A stretch of DNA of 64,000 nt from contig CAWHXP010000007.1 of NCBI GenBank assembly GCA_963833425.1, positions 160,001 through 224,000 on the forward strand. The letters are read 5' to 3'. Within the stretch, counting starts at the first letter, position 1; each line of letters starts with the position of its first letter. The position numbers were made by a program, and so were the translations under genes. The stretch is from an uncultured Methanosarcinaceae archaeon (lineage in GTDB: Archaea > Halobacteriota > Methanosarcinia > Methanosarcinales > Methanosarcinaceae). The notes below the pieces were generated by a model. It was not told where the DNA came from and made no database searches. It saw only the letters and a program-made list of their open reading frames with translations. Below are positions 35,850 to 48,786 of this stretch, one piece after another.

Positions 35850-36264
35850 TCCTTAGGGTAAAAACCCAATTATTTCTTGAATATTAGGCAGAAAAGTCCA
35901 AAGACAATTTCGATAAATCCCTTGTTTTCACGAATTATTTAATATTATTTATAATCATAGAACAAAATTTTGTGTTATATCTATTTCTCCAAAATTTACA
36001 TCAGAGCTCACAAAGCTCACATAAATTTAAAATTAAAAAAGTAGTTGTATTGATAAAATTATTCAGATTATCTTTCAAAGTCTATCTAGGTATAATTCGA
36101 TTATTTAAAAAAATATAATAAGGCAGTGATAATAACAGATATTCCCTAGATTAACACAAAACGCAGAGCACCAACTTTCTGCAAAATCACAATATATAGA
36201 CAGAAAGCACTAAACAGAATAAATGATAGAAATTAAGCTAACAAGCAAAAAGTAGGCAACATAC

Positions 36265-37026
36265 ATGACCGAAATACCTAAAGACCACCCAAGATACGAG
36301 TCCCTGCTAGCCCGTGAAAAAGTTGTAGCTGGGGTAAAATTGGGAATTACAAGCATTCAAGGACTGATTTCACAGGGCAGAGGCGAAAGCTTTGATTACC
36401 TTATAGGCGAGCGGAGCACAGAGTCTGCCCTGTATGCTGAGAGGGCAGCAGTTGCTGCTATTCTTTTAGCAAAGAAACCCGTGATTTCCATAAATGGTAA
36501 CGTCGCAGCCTTAGCTCCTGAAAGAGTGGTTTCTCTAGCAGACATTACAGGGGCAAAGATTGAAGTGAATCTTTTTCACAGGACTGAAGCAAGGGTACAC
36601 CTTATAATAGAGCAAATGAAAGCAAACGGAGCTGGGGAAGTTCTCGGGAAAAATCCAGATGCAAGCCTTGAGCTCTCCAGTGGCAGACGACTGGTAGCGA
36701 GAAAGGGGATCTATACCGCAGATGTCGTGCTTGTTCCGCTAGAAGATGGAGACCGTTGTGAAAAATTAATAAAAATGGGCAAAACTGTAATTACAATTGA
36801 CCTAAATCCCCTTTCCAGAACCTCCAGAACAGCTACTATATCCATTGTTGATGACCTTATCCGAGCTCTTGATAACATGGTCAGATTTGGAAGAGAGATG
36901 AAACAAGAAAAGAAAGAAGAGCTTGTGAAATTAATTATGACCTATGAAAATAAAAGAGTCCTCACGGAGGCAATTTCTGAAATTCAGGAGCATCTAAAAA
37001 TCATAATTGCCGAAATTGGATACTGA
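36265..37026 (+). CDS. 4-phosphopantoate--beta-alanine ligase (phosphopantothenate synthetase)
   Basis: IPKDHPRYESL, GRGESFDYLIGE, VPLEDGDR, IDLNPLSRT. Confidence 0.94.
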   Translation: MTEIPKDHPRYESLLAREKVVAGVKLGITSIQGLISQGRGESFDYLIGERSTESALYAERAAVAAILLAKKPVISINGNVAALAPERVVSLADITGAKIEVNLFHRTEARVHLIIEQMKANGAGEVLGKNPDASLELSSGRRLVARKGIYTADVVLVPLEDGDRCEKLIKMGKTVITIDLNPLSRTSRTATISIVDDLIRALDNMVRFGREMKQEKKEELVKLIMTYENKRVLTEAISEIQEHLKIIIAEIGY

Positions 37027-37149
37027 AAATGGTTATTATGTAAAAAAAGGACATATATTACATTTATTCTTGATTATTTATTAAGTACTTAAACCAATCG
37101 ATGAGTACCGGGATTTGATGATATTGTTTTGTGAACAAATCAAAGTTGG

Positions 37150-37660
37150 TAGTGAACTTTGCTAAAGCGACGGCAACGCCTTATACCTCTTATTTTCAAA
37201 TAAAGGCATCAATTTGGCTTTGTAACTGTTTTCATATTTTCCTTTTATTCACAGAAATCAATAATCTTCTCTCTAATGATCAAACTGCGATATCGTTTTT
37301 ATGCATTAAGGAAAACAATGAATTTTCCTGAAAGGGATTAGATCAATGCATTATTTTCTCAAGTCCAAAGCCTTGAAGACCACGCCATTGTGGCAAAACG
37401 AGAATTTTAAACATAATGATGACGTAAGTTTCAATTCGGTATTTTGAAACTGGTTTGTTGAAAAAACACGGACTTAGAAATAATACTAAAAGATTTTCAA
37501 CAATTAGGTAATTAATTTCAGCAAGTTTGTCTCAAACTGACTGAAAAAATTTTATTGTTCTTTAGAGCCAAAATCAGTCTGATTTTTCATGAGTAAGGAT
37601 CAATGTTACAAAATTTAAATTTCCCAATACTCAAATTGTTATATGCTTGCCGAAACTCTC
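37150..37660 (-). mobile_element. 5' relic of an IS5-family element
   Basis: MKNQTDFGSKE...DKLAEINYLI matches the N-terminus of the transposase at 56528. Confidence 0.65.
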
Positions 37661-37785
37661 GATACTTAATTTTCTATTAAAAAATTATGATTTGGATACC
37701 ATAATTACGGTGAAATAGTTTCCGGATCAGATTTCACCAAATTTCTCCTAAAATTCTGGAATCATGTTTTTTGCACGCTTTGAAT

Positions 37786-38384
37786 TTATTTGAAGTTCTT
37801 ATCGATTTTCTCCCAGTCGACTATATTAAAGAAAACATCTCTGAATTTGCCTCTGTCATTCTTGTAGTCAATGTAGTAGGCGTGCTCCCATACGTCTAGA
37901 ACCATTAGAATTGGAAAATTTGGGATTATATTTACGTTGTTCTTTTCTATCTGCATGATTCCGAATTTTTTAGTACTTTTGCAAAAGGTTAATACCGCCC
38001 AACTGGAACCTTCAGCAATTTAAGCGACCTGAATAAACTTCTTTTTAAACAGTTAAAAATTTCCAAAATCTTCTTTGATCACTTCAGACAATTCGCCGAC
38101 TGGTTCTCCGTTGGAATTATTTGCAGAAATCATCTCCTACTAAAAATAATCATGAAGTACATGTCCTCCCAAATTAAAGCCAATACTTTTGCATTTGCCT
38201 TGTAATCAAAATTAGTTCCTTATGCTCCTGCTTTGTTCATTATTTACAAAATTGAATTCACATTAGTCACATAAACCTGATGGTGTTTGTCATGGTGAAT
38301 TCGCAACTGTTCCTCCGAAATATAAGGTTCCAATTCTGCATATCCATATTTCAAACTAGGTAATGTATACATTTATTTGGCCAT
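37786..38384 (-). pseudogene. sod: Fe/Mn superoxide dismutase pseudogene
   Basis: [38 protein letters not shown]...LMVLDVWEHAYYIDYKN with several in-frame stops and frameshifts. Confidence 0.9.
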
Positions 38385-39576
38385 ATTTATCCCATTTTCT
38401 TAATTAATTTTATTTACAAAATTTGTTCGATAACCTGATTATGTACATTCCAACTTAATAAATAAATTTTCAAATCCTAAGAACAAATTTTCCCCTTAAG
38501 ATTTTTAAAAAACGTGTCTTTAAATCCACTCTGAGCTTTATCAATAAGATAAATATCTAAATACCGCGTGGCAATCCTGATGTAAAATAAAGTTATACAT
38601 CAAACATATTTAATGGTAAAAGGTAAAGCAGTATTTCTAAATCTCGTCGGTCTCGGAATAGTTCCACAATTCATAGGTGCCGGATAAAATCATTTGAAGT
38701 AATAAAATCATTGATAATGGCAATGAAAAATTACTATGCTTCTAAATTTCTAAATGGTGTCTATTCCCTGTCAATTCCATATTTTATTTTTATCCTGACT
38801 CATTACATTTTCTTTGATTTTTTTTTACTACATCTTTTTGCTTTTATATAAAAAAACAAAAATATATTTGTTCAGCATTGCACAGCACTTTTGAGTTTTA
38901 GATCCGTTTATTTTCTGCTAGTATCCCACCTTAATTTATAGTTGAGATTTCAGGGATATGTACCCAGAAGCTAGTAAAATCAAGTAGCAGAAGATCTCAA
39001 CAGGTAAATAAATTATCATTATCTAGACAAATGTAATCGAACCAACTCCTTTCACTTTAAGATGATGATTTCACTCTACCTATACAAAAAAACAAACAAA
39101 GATGGAAGAAAGATATTTTTTTCCAAAAATAAGATTTATCAATATTGTTTCATCGACAATCAGGTAACTTTGTATTATATGTTGCGAATTTCTTTGCTTC
39201 AGCCCGTAGTGGTTATGAATCTGAAAGTTTATTTTGAAGAAGATAAGCAAAAAAAATTATGCGGTGAGCATTGATTTATAGTAGCATAACAGCGAAAAGA
39301 TTAGATGAATCAAAAAAATATAGATACATGAATAATAAAATTAATGTAACCAAAGTCAGTAAATTTTGGCAAATTATAGACATGAATTTAACTATTCAGA
39401 TAATCTTAGTATGAATAATTGTATTTCAATTGAATTTAAGCTTGCAAAATTCAAATGCGTAAATTATAGTGAAAATGAATCCCAAATGAAGACAAAATAA
39501 TTTCCTCGAATTGCAGAACTGCTAAATAGAAATAGAACACGTGTAAATTCCAAAAAGGACGAAAACAGGAGTAAAC

Positions 39577-41046
39577 ATGTGCGGAATAGCAGGAGCTACC
39601 GGAACTCCTGATACGAATATTAAAGTTAAAAAAATGCTCGTAGCTCTGGAACACAGGGGACCTGATGCCTGCGGAATTTATCAGGCAGAAAATCTGAGTA
39701 TAGGGAATACTTTGCTTAAAATTACAGGAGATATGCCCCAGCCTTTGGCAGGAAAAGGAGCTCTCGTAATCAATGGAGAAATATTCAATTTCAGAGAACT
39801 CGCATATGAATCAGGAATAAGAACAAATTCTGACACTGAAGCGCTTTTTTCCCTGATAGAAACCCGAATTAGTGAGGGATGTATACCGATAGATGCTGTC
39901 TTTTCTGTACTTTCCTCAGTAAACGGAGACTATGCTTTAGCATATGCCTGTGATAACGAACTTGTATTGGCCGAGACCCTGTAGGTGTCAAGCCTCTTTT
40001 TTATTCCACCAAAAAAAGAAAAGAAAAACGAAAAATAATTTTCGCATCCGAAAAAAAGGCTTTGTTTGCTGCAGGAAGAGAAATAAAAGATTTGCCCCCC
40101 GGCAAAATCCTGAGTTTTAATATGAAGAACGGAAGTTTTAAAGAGCGGTCCATCAAAATAAAGCAGCCTCAAAAACGAATCTATGATGAATTTGAAGCTG
40201 TTTTTCATCTGAAGGCTGTCATTGAAAAGGCCTTGGAACTTCGGCTTACATCAACTTCAGGAATTGCATTTTCCGGTGGTATTGACAGCACATTTTTAGC
40301 AGTACTTGCAAAAAGAATTAATCCGGCTACTCTCTCTTTATACTGTAGGGGTTACCCGATTCCCATGATATTACACAGGCTAGAGAAAGCTGCTGAAGCT
40401 ATTGGTATGAAGGATTCTCTGAGAATACATCTCTTGTCTGTCAAAGAAATCGAAACCTTAGTTCCGCAGATTATTCGTGCAACTGAATCCGTTGACCCTA
40501 TGAAAATTGCAATCGGAATTCCTCTATACGTTGTTGCGAAAATTGCGAGAGAAATGGAAAGAGGGTAATCCTTACAGGGCAGGGTGCGGATGAGCTTTTC
40601 GGCGGGTACAGGAGGCATGAGGTTTTCCTTGAACAGGGATCTGAAGTGATTGATAGAGAAATTTATTCTGATATTAAAAAAATTTCAGTGGTCAATCTTG
40701 AAAGGGATGATATGGTTACTATGGCTAACTCTGTAGAGCTCAGAGTACCTTTTCTAGATAAGGATGTAATTAAAATAGGCCTATGCTATCATTCCAGAGC
40801 TAAAAGTGCTGAAAAAGGGCGGCTTGTATATAAGGAAATATATTCTCAGAAAAACAGCAGAGGATCTCCTACAACCGGAACTTCTCTGGAAAGAAAAGAA
40901 AGCAATTCAGTATGGGACAGGAGTTCAAAAAATACTCAATAAGCTTGCCAGAGAAGCAGATTTTTCGCAAAGAGGATGAAAAGCATATTGAAAAGTATCT
41001 AAGGAAGATTGCTTTAGAAAAAGGATTTGAGTTCATAAATTACTGA
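39577..41046 (+). pseudogene. asnB: Asparagine synthetase B (glutamine-hydrolysing), multiple 1-bp frameshifts
   Basis: MCGIAG, HRGPD, NGEIFN, RDPVGVKPL, FSGGIDS, TGQGADELFGGY and ELRVPFLD spread over several frames. Confidence 0.9.
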
Positions 41047-41283
41047 GAGTAGATACCAAGAGATAGAACGCAAAAATCAAAATCAAATTAGAAAAATAAC
41101 TCATAAAAATTGATTATTTTTTCCTTATTTCTTTTTAAAGCTAATTTATAGCCTAGAATATAAAATAGAGAATCCAGTATACAATCAAAGTAATATTAGA
41201 TAACTAAGATAAATATTTATAGTAAGTATAACGTACTTATATTGAAGTAAAAACGTAAAAAAACTTTACAGTGGGGGAAAAAC

Positions 41284-41691
41284 ATGAAAATTAGAGTAGT
41301 CAGTTCTAGAGAAGAAATATTCACACTTAACCCTAATGAACGTATTGTTCACATGGCTTTTAGGCCTTCGAACAAGGACATATTTGGATTGATCGAAACC
41401 TGCCCAAAAGTTGAGGTGATTCAATTACCTAAATCTTACATGAGCACAGTCTCAAAGTCCATTTTGATGTTTCTTGGGATGCAGAGAATAAGACTTATCG
41501 AAGGTGACGTATGGGGTCACAGGAAGGACATTAATGAATATTACAGCATACCCTCCTCAGTGGTTGAAAAAATACGGATGATGAAAAATGAAGGTAAATC
41601 TACTGAAGATATTGAAACAAAGATATCGAGGGAGAGAAAGCTGAGCCCTGAGATGGTTGCATATATATTGACAAAGGAAACTGCTGCCTGA
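41284..41691 (+). CDS. DUF1699 family protein
   Basis: MKIRVVSSREEIFTLNPNERIVHMAFRPSNKD...GDVWGHRKDINEYY. Confidence 0.85.
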   Translation: MKIRVVSSREEIFTLNPNERIVHMAFRPSNKDIFGLIETCPKVEVIQLPKSYMSTVSKSILMFLGMQRIRLIEGDVWGHRKDINEYYSIPSSVVEKIRMMKNEGKSTEDIETKISRERKLSPEMVAYILTKETAA

Positions 41692-43483
41692 ATTCGTAAA
41701 GGACGAAACTTACTTCCAATTATACTATTTAATTTTTTTGAGGGTTTGGCAGTATAAATAAGGTGTTGAATCCTCCAAAAATTAATTTTTGTCCCGAATC
41801 TTTAGTTTGATCTTATCTTTTTGATGAATTGCGTAGTTAAATCGAGGAATGAACTTATGTATTAAATTTACAGTTAACTTGTTAGTTAAATAGCTATTGA
41901 AAAAACAGTTACAAATCTTTTTCCCTGATAAATTCCCTTATACTTGTACTTAGTAGTCTTTTTATGCATGGCAATTGCACCAATAATCTACTTTTAAGGG
42001 GATTTTAGTGGTGATTTTAACCCAAATTTGACAAATTTCACTAATTAAAATAGTTTTTTATTACGAAAACACAGAAGAGTGCCGATTTTTAAGAAGATCG
42101 CAAATCTCGAGAAGTTGATGAGAAGAAAATTCCGCACATAGGAAAAAATTTTAGACAGCATGAAAACATTTAATTCCCAAGTTACAGCAAATTCGAGATA
42201 TGTGAAAACTCATCATGTATTGTACTATTGATGACCTCTTTAGTGCAGGGTCCAGAATCCTCCATACTTTAGAGGGGGATCACATAAAATATCAACTATT
42301 TTTGTATCCTTCTAACCCTCTCAGTTATGACTCCTTTGTAAAATGGGTTTGTTTTTAGCGTCATTCCAGAGGTAGTGCCGCTTCCCTCTGGCGGGGATGT
42401 GAACATTCATTGGAACTGAACAACTTTAGTCATGATTATTATCAGATTATCAATCATCTAGTGTTGATGCCTATAGATTATAGATGCATTATGTTCCACA
42501 AAAATCGAATTAAAAAAGATCGCTAGTCCATCTTTACCACTATTTGCATATATCCAGGTTACAAAATTCATGGTACGAAAGTGGTAGATATAGCGCTCAC
42601 CTATTCCTGGAGTTCCATCCAAGCAACTCTCATCAAAGGCAGTTCAATACTTGAAAGGAGGTGATTCATATAGATTTTTAAGCTTCATCATTAACTGAAA
42701 AAAATAAATTGTGATGGAAGTCTATGATCAAGTGTTAATTTTTTTATCTTTAGAAATGCGACAACTGATACGATAAAACACTACATCAGTTATCTTAGAG
42801 GAAACCGGAAGAAGATTTTGAATCGTCTAGATCAAAGAAAGGTGGTCAAAATATGAATCAATGATTTCTGAGTTTCGACAAACTGAGTAGGGCAACTCTA
42901 AGCATATCCCACCATTTAGGGTAGAATGAACACAAGTAATTTGATTTATCGGTCATGTCCATGAGACATTGAAAATTGTAGATGTCAGAATCTCATTACA
43001 TCCTCCAAAAAATTTGAATTATGCTAGTTTTTCAAATTTGATAAGTGAAAAATATAACCGATTTTTAGAAAATTTTTTTCTACTATTTCATCTTTTCTCC
43101 TGTCCATACCTCTTGTCAATTTAATTTTTCTGAGTTTTAATTTTTTTAGGAAATATTTTTCTTTGCATACTAGTCTCAGGTAAGAAGGGGCAAAATATAG
43201 ATAAAGAAACAAGACATGATAAGAAGTGAGTAATAATATGTTTGGCGGAGAATTAATGTTAAATTAAATATAATTACTTAACCCCTAAACAGGTATATTC
43301 ATGTTTGCTTCGAATTGTTTAAAATACGTAATTCTCAAACCATTCAAAACGAAAAAAACACAATCTAGCCAATAATTGAAGAAAATGAGCTTAAAAAACT
43401 TTCCATAACAATAAGAATAACTTAAATGGCTATGATGTTATTTTATCAATTTTAAATAGTTTCAATAAAATTGATTAATTTAT

Positions 43484-43720
43484 ATGCGAGATGATTCCGT
43501 GAAAACCTATCTTCTAGTCTGGTTCAGCAGTGAAGGAGCTTGTCCATCAGAGATCAACCGAAGGATGATGTCTCTGGGTTTCGAACCAATGCAAGGCACC
43601 TATGACTTTGTATATAACTGGAATAGCAACTTTAGTATCGACAAAGTTCTCGAGTTCGGGGACAAAGTATACCTTAGCCTTCAGGGTACAGGTGTCATGT
43701 TCAAAATTGAGACAATGTGA
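43484..43720 (+). CDS. Small conserved hypothetical protein
   Basis: Clean 78-aa ORF with typical coding composition (KTYLLVWFSSEG..YDFVYNW..FKIETM). Confidence 0.75.
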   Translation: MRDDSVKTYLLVWFSSEGACPSEINRRMMSLGFEPMQGTYDFVYNWNSNFSIDKVLEFGDKVYLSLQGTGVMFKIETM

Positions 43721-43809
43721 AATGATAGAAATCGCAAAAAAGAGTCATGATGCATCAATTAGCTAGGTCTATGTCGGAATTTAGGCAACAAATGATTTCT
43801 TTCATGGGA

Positions 43810-44110
43810 TTTCAATTATTGAGTGTGATACTGAGATCGTCCTTTAATCAGCATCCTTACTTGTAAATATTCCAGTTCATTTTCTATTAATGGACATGCA
43901 TTCTCTTCATTAACGCAACAATTTCAAGGTGAGTTTCATTATATAACTGGTCTCTATTCCATTACATTAATACTATCACATTGATCCATACTTCAGCAGC
44001 ATTGATTGTGTATGTCTAGGAGTTTAAAGAAATTCTATTTTATCCGAAATCTATTTTGCTTCATCTTCACCTAATGTTTCGTAAAATAATTTTCCTTGTG
44101 GATACTAAGA
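43810..44110 (-). mobile_element. Relic of IS630-family transposase C-terminus
   Basis: Fragments FYETLGEDEAK..KIEFL*TPRH and INAAEVWINV resemble the IS630 TPKH-xS-WLNxxE motif. Confidence 0.5.
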
Positions 44111-45494
44111 GGATTTTGATATACTCATTTTTTAGCTGGTTGCTTATAAAGCCTATATCTAGAGATATGTTGAAATCTGATGTTTATAAAAATTCTTACA
44201 ATTATCTATAATCAATCGTATGAGTTAGACTTTAGATATTTTCCAATATCTAGAAAATTCACGCATTGTGCAAAATCTGCCATGAATCTTTTTTGTATCT
44301 GAGTCACCCTTTTTCTCACTTTGATCCTAATGGAGTGGATATATTTGCTGTTCTACTCATGATATATTCATAATCTTATTTTTCTGAGTTTATAGGCTTC
44401 ATAGGGATGGTCCTTCATCTTATCCTTAAGAAGTTGCTTTGGTCCCTCTTCAAGGCAGAGCAAGGAATTTTGGTGTTTATTTTTGTTCATATGGCCAATA
44501 ATGCTGTGCATCTGTTTTGCATTTAGGATAGTTGTCCTAATATACCATATAAATCTCAACCATATTAGTTTGAACGTTTGTTTATTCCTTTTTTCATATC
44601 CAGTAACATAAGCCTGATTATCAAATAGCCGTAATTTTAATGTTATTATTCTACAAAATTTTTCCTCTATTTTTCCAGTTAAGAGTGTAAACTTTATTTA
44701 TAATAGTGCTTTTAACCAAGATAACAGGAAATTTTAATGCTATTATTTCTAAAACAGTATTTCTTAAGAATCAATGTTTTCATCGACTACGTACCACTTT
44801 ATACCTCTTTGATATGGTTATCAGTAGCAGGATATTGAATCTGGTTAGTGATCTTGTTCTTTCAGATCTCTCTAAGAAAGTCCATTAGAAAATTTACATC
44901 AACAGTTTCAATCTTAATTTCAAAAATGAAGAAATTAAGGGATTCAGAGTTTATCCCGATGATCAATAATTAAACTATTTGATACGAGTGTAAAGACATA
45001 ATTGAAGAATTATACGATATTCAAGTAAGATTAATCCTGAATTACTTAATGAAATTTGATAGAGAAAGAAATGCAACTCTTCGCTCTCAGTTTAATAAAT
45101 ACATAAACTCAAAAATATACTCAAAAGAATCACAAAATAGTTTAGAGGATCCTTGTTATAATCCCTTCTTCAGAACTCCACTATATAAATCTTAGAGACG
45201 ATTACAGAAAAAAACTAAGATGTATTGATGAATTTTTTACTTGCGAACTATTGAGTAAATATTGTAAACCAATAAGCATAATCATTCTGAAGTAAAGCAA
45301 ATAGAAACTATGTATGGATTTATAGAAATCCCTATATTTTAGTGTTTACCGAAATTCTCTATAATAAAATTGATCGAACATTTATATCACAAAGCTATTA
45401 TTAATGCTTAATTTCGATTATAAATCCTTTTTAGGGTTTTATCACCATTATAAGTTTCCTAAGTCTTGTTTCATTTAGATCTTTTTCAGTTCAG

Positions 45495-46020
45495 TGGTTT
45501 TTACGAGCATTTAAGAACTTCATATACTTGCAAGAGTCCCCATCAAGAGTAATTATCCTGCCGCATATACATTTTGATTCTCAATTGTGAGTTCCACAAC
45601 ACTGGGACTTGACATCCTGGGTTCAGTAGGAGATCCAGGGCAAATAAGAATTGACTCATTTTTTTCAATCAAAGGCCGGTGCAGATGCCCGAATATCAGG
45701 ATATCTACATCCATTTCTTTTGCGAGATAATTCTGTGCAGTTGTATCAATCAGCGAAAGTCCTCCTTCATGCACCAATCCGATTTTCAACCCTTCAACTT
45801 CAAATATAAGCCTCTTGGGAAGAAGCCTTTTTAGCTCGGGAACATCATCATTTCCGAAAACAGCTTTTAGTTTGCTGTAGGCTTTAAAGGACTGATAAGC
45901 TTCCATAGTACTGAAATCTCCTGCATGGACAATTAGGTCACACTCATCAAGAAATTTTTGAAGCTGCAGAGGGATATCTCCTGTTTTCAGATGAGTATCA
46001 GAAAGTGCAATAAGATTCAT
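45495..46020 (-). CDS. YfcE/MJ0936-like metallophosphoesterase, probable 3' frameshift
   Basis: SDTH, HAGD, GNDD, FGHLH and PGSPT motifs. Confidence 0.88.
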
Positions 46021-46259
46021 AGAAAATCTCCAGATTTTGAAATAAAACGGCCTTGAATATTAAAATATGAAATAAATTAAGGAAATATGAAATATACAGC
46101 AAATGTAACTGTTCTGTATGAATATCAGAAGATTTCAATAAACATTTGATTTTCACGAATCATTATATACAAATTATAGGCATGTGACAAAATGTAAGTA
46201 TTAATGCAAATACTAAATCTTTAATGCTCCAACACTGAGAATTTGGAATATATTACTCG

Positions 46260-46354
46260 AGAGGATTTCGATAGACACAAAAATTTCGTCATGTTCTTAT
46301 AAATAGTATATAACTATAATTCGTGAAAATCAGAGATTTATCGAGATGCTCTCT
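46260..46354. mobile_element. ~95-bp IS5-derived MITE
   Basis: AGAGGATTTCGATA...TATCGAGATGCTCTCT ends resemble the IS5 end at 55465; copies at 49859-49948, 58366-58455 and 63313-63403. Confidence 0.65.
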
Positions 46355-46375
46355 AAATTAAAAATCCAAAGTAAA

Positions 46376-47168
46376 TTACTCAACTGTCAGATCTACGAGT
46401 TCATATTCAATATTCTCAGTTTCTAATCTACTAAGAAGCAAAGAAACCTGCTCGTCCACCGAAACTACAAGAGACGAAAGCCCGTGGTATGCAGCTTCGA
46501 TAACTGACTCATTGGTTCCAAACATAACATTTGGGTTTATCCCAACCTTACGCAGAGCGATAAGCGCTTCCACACCAATAGCTGCTATATAGGGTTTTGA
46601 GTTTGCCAGCATTTTCAGGCGTTCAAGCTGCACTTTTCTTGACCCCCCACGCCCAACTCTGGGAACTTTGCATATCGTAATAGTCGCATTTTCCATGTCA
46701 ATGAGACCTTGGAGACTGGATACCCCTACATCTTCTCCTACCGATGCATCGGAGATTACATTGCCTGAAGCACCTGTATTTCCCGTCCTACTTACATATA
46801 GAAGTCCATTTTTCCATTTTCAGGTAAACCTGCTGGCCTTCTTTTACTTCTTCGGTTGTAATAGCTGTCCAGGTAGAAACATGGCTTATTATATCCTCCA
46901 TTACAAAAAGAGCATACCTTTTCATTTCTATAGCATTTTCAAGGACCCATTCAACACCCTCTTTTGTTATTCTGTATCTAACACGTCCCTCAGTGATTAT
47001 CAGTCCATCATTTACAAGTTCTTTAATATATTCTGAAACCGCTTGAGGAGTTATTCCAATTTTTGTGGCAATTTCTTTTTGTTTTACATTGGGCTGATGT
47101 GCTGCAATTTCAATAAGGACCTGAAATTTGGTTACTCCGCTTTTAGTCTGGAGAATTTTTATCATCAA
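46376..47168 (-). pseudogene. Archaeal HTH transcriptional regulator, split by a 1-bp frameshift near 46810
   Basis: QKEIATKIGITPQAVSEYIKEL HTH; ORFs 46788-47168 and 46376-46696 join across an A run. Confidence 0.8.
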
Positions 47169-47686
47169 TCGTAATTCTCCTCAACATCTTCAATTAATTT
47201 TAATCTCTGACCCATTACAGAAAGTTTTTCAGATCTACGAGCAACAGCACATATATAGAAAGGGTTTTTATTAAGGGTCCTCGTTAGGTTGCTCATGGAA
47301 GTATTGCCCTCATCAACAAGCCTTTCCAGTTCTTCCATAGCATCTTTGACTTCTTCATATGGTTTGAAGGTCAACATTATGATATCGCTTAGATCTTCAA
47401 AAGAACACTGAAAGTTGACCTGAACCTTGGAATAAGAACTGTGATATTCTTTTGAGGGTTTTTGTCCTGCCTCTGGAACTCTCCACTGACTCTCAAGAAG
47501 TCCGGCTTTTTTCAGTATATGAAGGCTTTTTGATGAGTCTGCACCCATGAATTCGTCTATTTCTGCCCTGGTCATCCATTTATTTGAAAGTGTATCGAAT
47601 ATTTTTTTGTGAGTTCTTGACCCAAAAGTCCTGAGTAATGGTACTAAATAGGAAGGATCGTTAACTATTCGAGTTCGTTTACCCAT
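47165..47686 (-). CDS. ArsR-like winged-helix regulator (methanogen conserved)
   Basis: LHILKKAGLLESQWRVP wHTH; operon with dhs. Confidence 0.8.
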   Translation of the reverse strand: MGKRTRIVNDPSYLVPLLRTFGSRTHKKIFDTLSNKWMTRAEIDEFMGADSSKSLHILKKAGLLESQWRVPEAGQKPSKEYHSSYSKVQVNFQCSFEDLSDIIMLTFKPYEEVKDAMEELERLVDEGNTSMSNLTRTLNKNPFYICAVARRSEKLSVMGQRLKLIEDVEENYD

Positions 47687-47748
47687 TTATCCCTCTCCTT
47701 CTCGTCTTATATATAAGTTTTCAAATATGATAAAGATTTGTGGTGTGA

Positions 47749-48786
47749 TTATTCGCTATATACTATATTAAGCCCTTCGGACCCTTCCCAGTTAAAAACA
47801 GGGGCTTTGCGCTTAAGTTCATGACATTTTTCATCCAAGGCGTGGGCAACTATTGGAAGAGCAATTGTAGCATCTACAAAAATCTGCACTTTTTTTGCTC
47901 GGACTGCAATTTTTCCCCAGGAAACAGCTTCATCAAAAGTACAGCCTGAAAGCCCTCCCCAGTGTGGAGAATCGGAAGTATACTGAATTGCATAATCGTG
48001 CCCACTGGTATTTATTCCTAGAATGGAAGCTATCACTTCAGTTTGCTGAATAAAATTTTTTGGAACTCCGCCTCCAACATAGATGACTCCGGTTTTTCCT
48101 GATTTTTCTACAATTTGTGTAATCTCGTCAACGTCTTTGATCTGGTCTACCTCAAGTTTTGATCCTCTTCTTCTTGCAATAGTAAGCCCTATGCCAATTG
48201 AACTATCTGAGAGTGCCGGAACAAAGATCGGAACTTTATGCCTATATGCACTTACAACTATAGAATCCTCTGCTGCTCCAAAGCCTACAAGTTTCTTCCC
48301 TAGCAGATACACGAACTCCCTTGATGAGCAGGAAATTTCTCCGATTTCTTCTGCAAAATTCGCAATCAGGTCATCTGCCGCTCTGAACTCCTCTTCCACC
48401 GCAAAGACATCATATATTCTATCCACACCACAATCGAAGAGTTTTTCATCATCAGCTAGATGTGAACCCATATAATGCTTTTTGCCTAGAGCTTCATGCG
48501 AATCATGGAATAGATTTGCTCCTGTGCTTACTAGGCAATCTATCAGTCTCTTTTCAATCATATAGGAAATGACCTTGCGCATACCAGCGGGAACCATCGC
48601 TCCGGATAGGCCCATAAACACTGTAATATTATTTTCGTTGAGCATGTTGTGCCATATCTGTACGGATTCTGCCAATTTCCTTCCCTGAAAGCCAGTTTTG
48701 AGCATCCCATCCAACAATTCGCTTATTGATCTTTTCTTTACATCTACAGGTACTGTGGGATTTTCTGTGAATACACCATGATGCAT
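47749..48786 (-). CDS. dys: Deoxyhypusine synthase
   Basis: GFQG, STGANLFHD, PALSDSSIG, GGGVPKNF, GGLSGCTFDEAVSWGK, DATIALP. Confidence 0.95.
   Translation of the reverse strand: MHHGVFTENPTVPVDVKKRSISELLDGMLKTGFQGRKLAESVQIWHNMLNENNITVFMGLSGAMVPAGMRKVISYMIEKRLIDCLVSTGANLFHDSHEALGKKHYMGSHLADDEKLFDCGVDRIYDVFAVEEEFRAADDLIANFAEEIGEISCSSREFVYLLGKKLVGFGAAEDSIVVSAYRHKVPIFVPALSDSSIGIGLTIARRRGSKLEVDQIKDVDEITQIVEKSGKTGVIYVGGGVPKNFIQQTEVIASILGINTSGHDYAIQYTSDSPHWGGLSGCTFDEAVSWGKIAVRAKKVQIFVDATIALPIVAHALDEKCHELKRKAPVFNWEGSEGLNIVYSE

Noticed and set aside
14728..38384. Pyrrolysine (TAG) read-through explaining broken genes
   Set aside because: In-frame TAGs co-occur with TAA/TGA stops and frameshifts in the same genes and fall at Trp/Tyr/Gln-type positions. 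TAG also ends intact genes normally (rlmE, DUF202, rio2).
33720..48475. Long antisense ORFs (e.g. 33720-34169, 48083-48475)
   Set aside because: Shadows of well-supported genes on the opposite strand.
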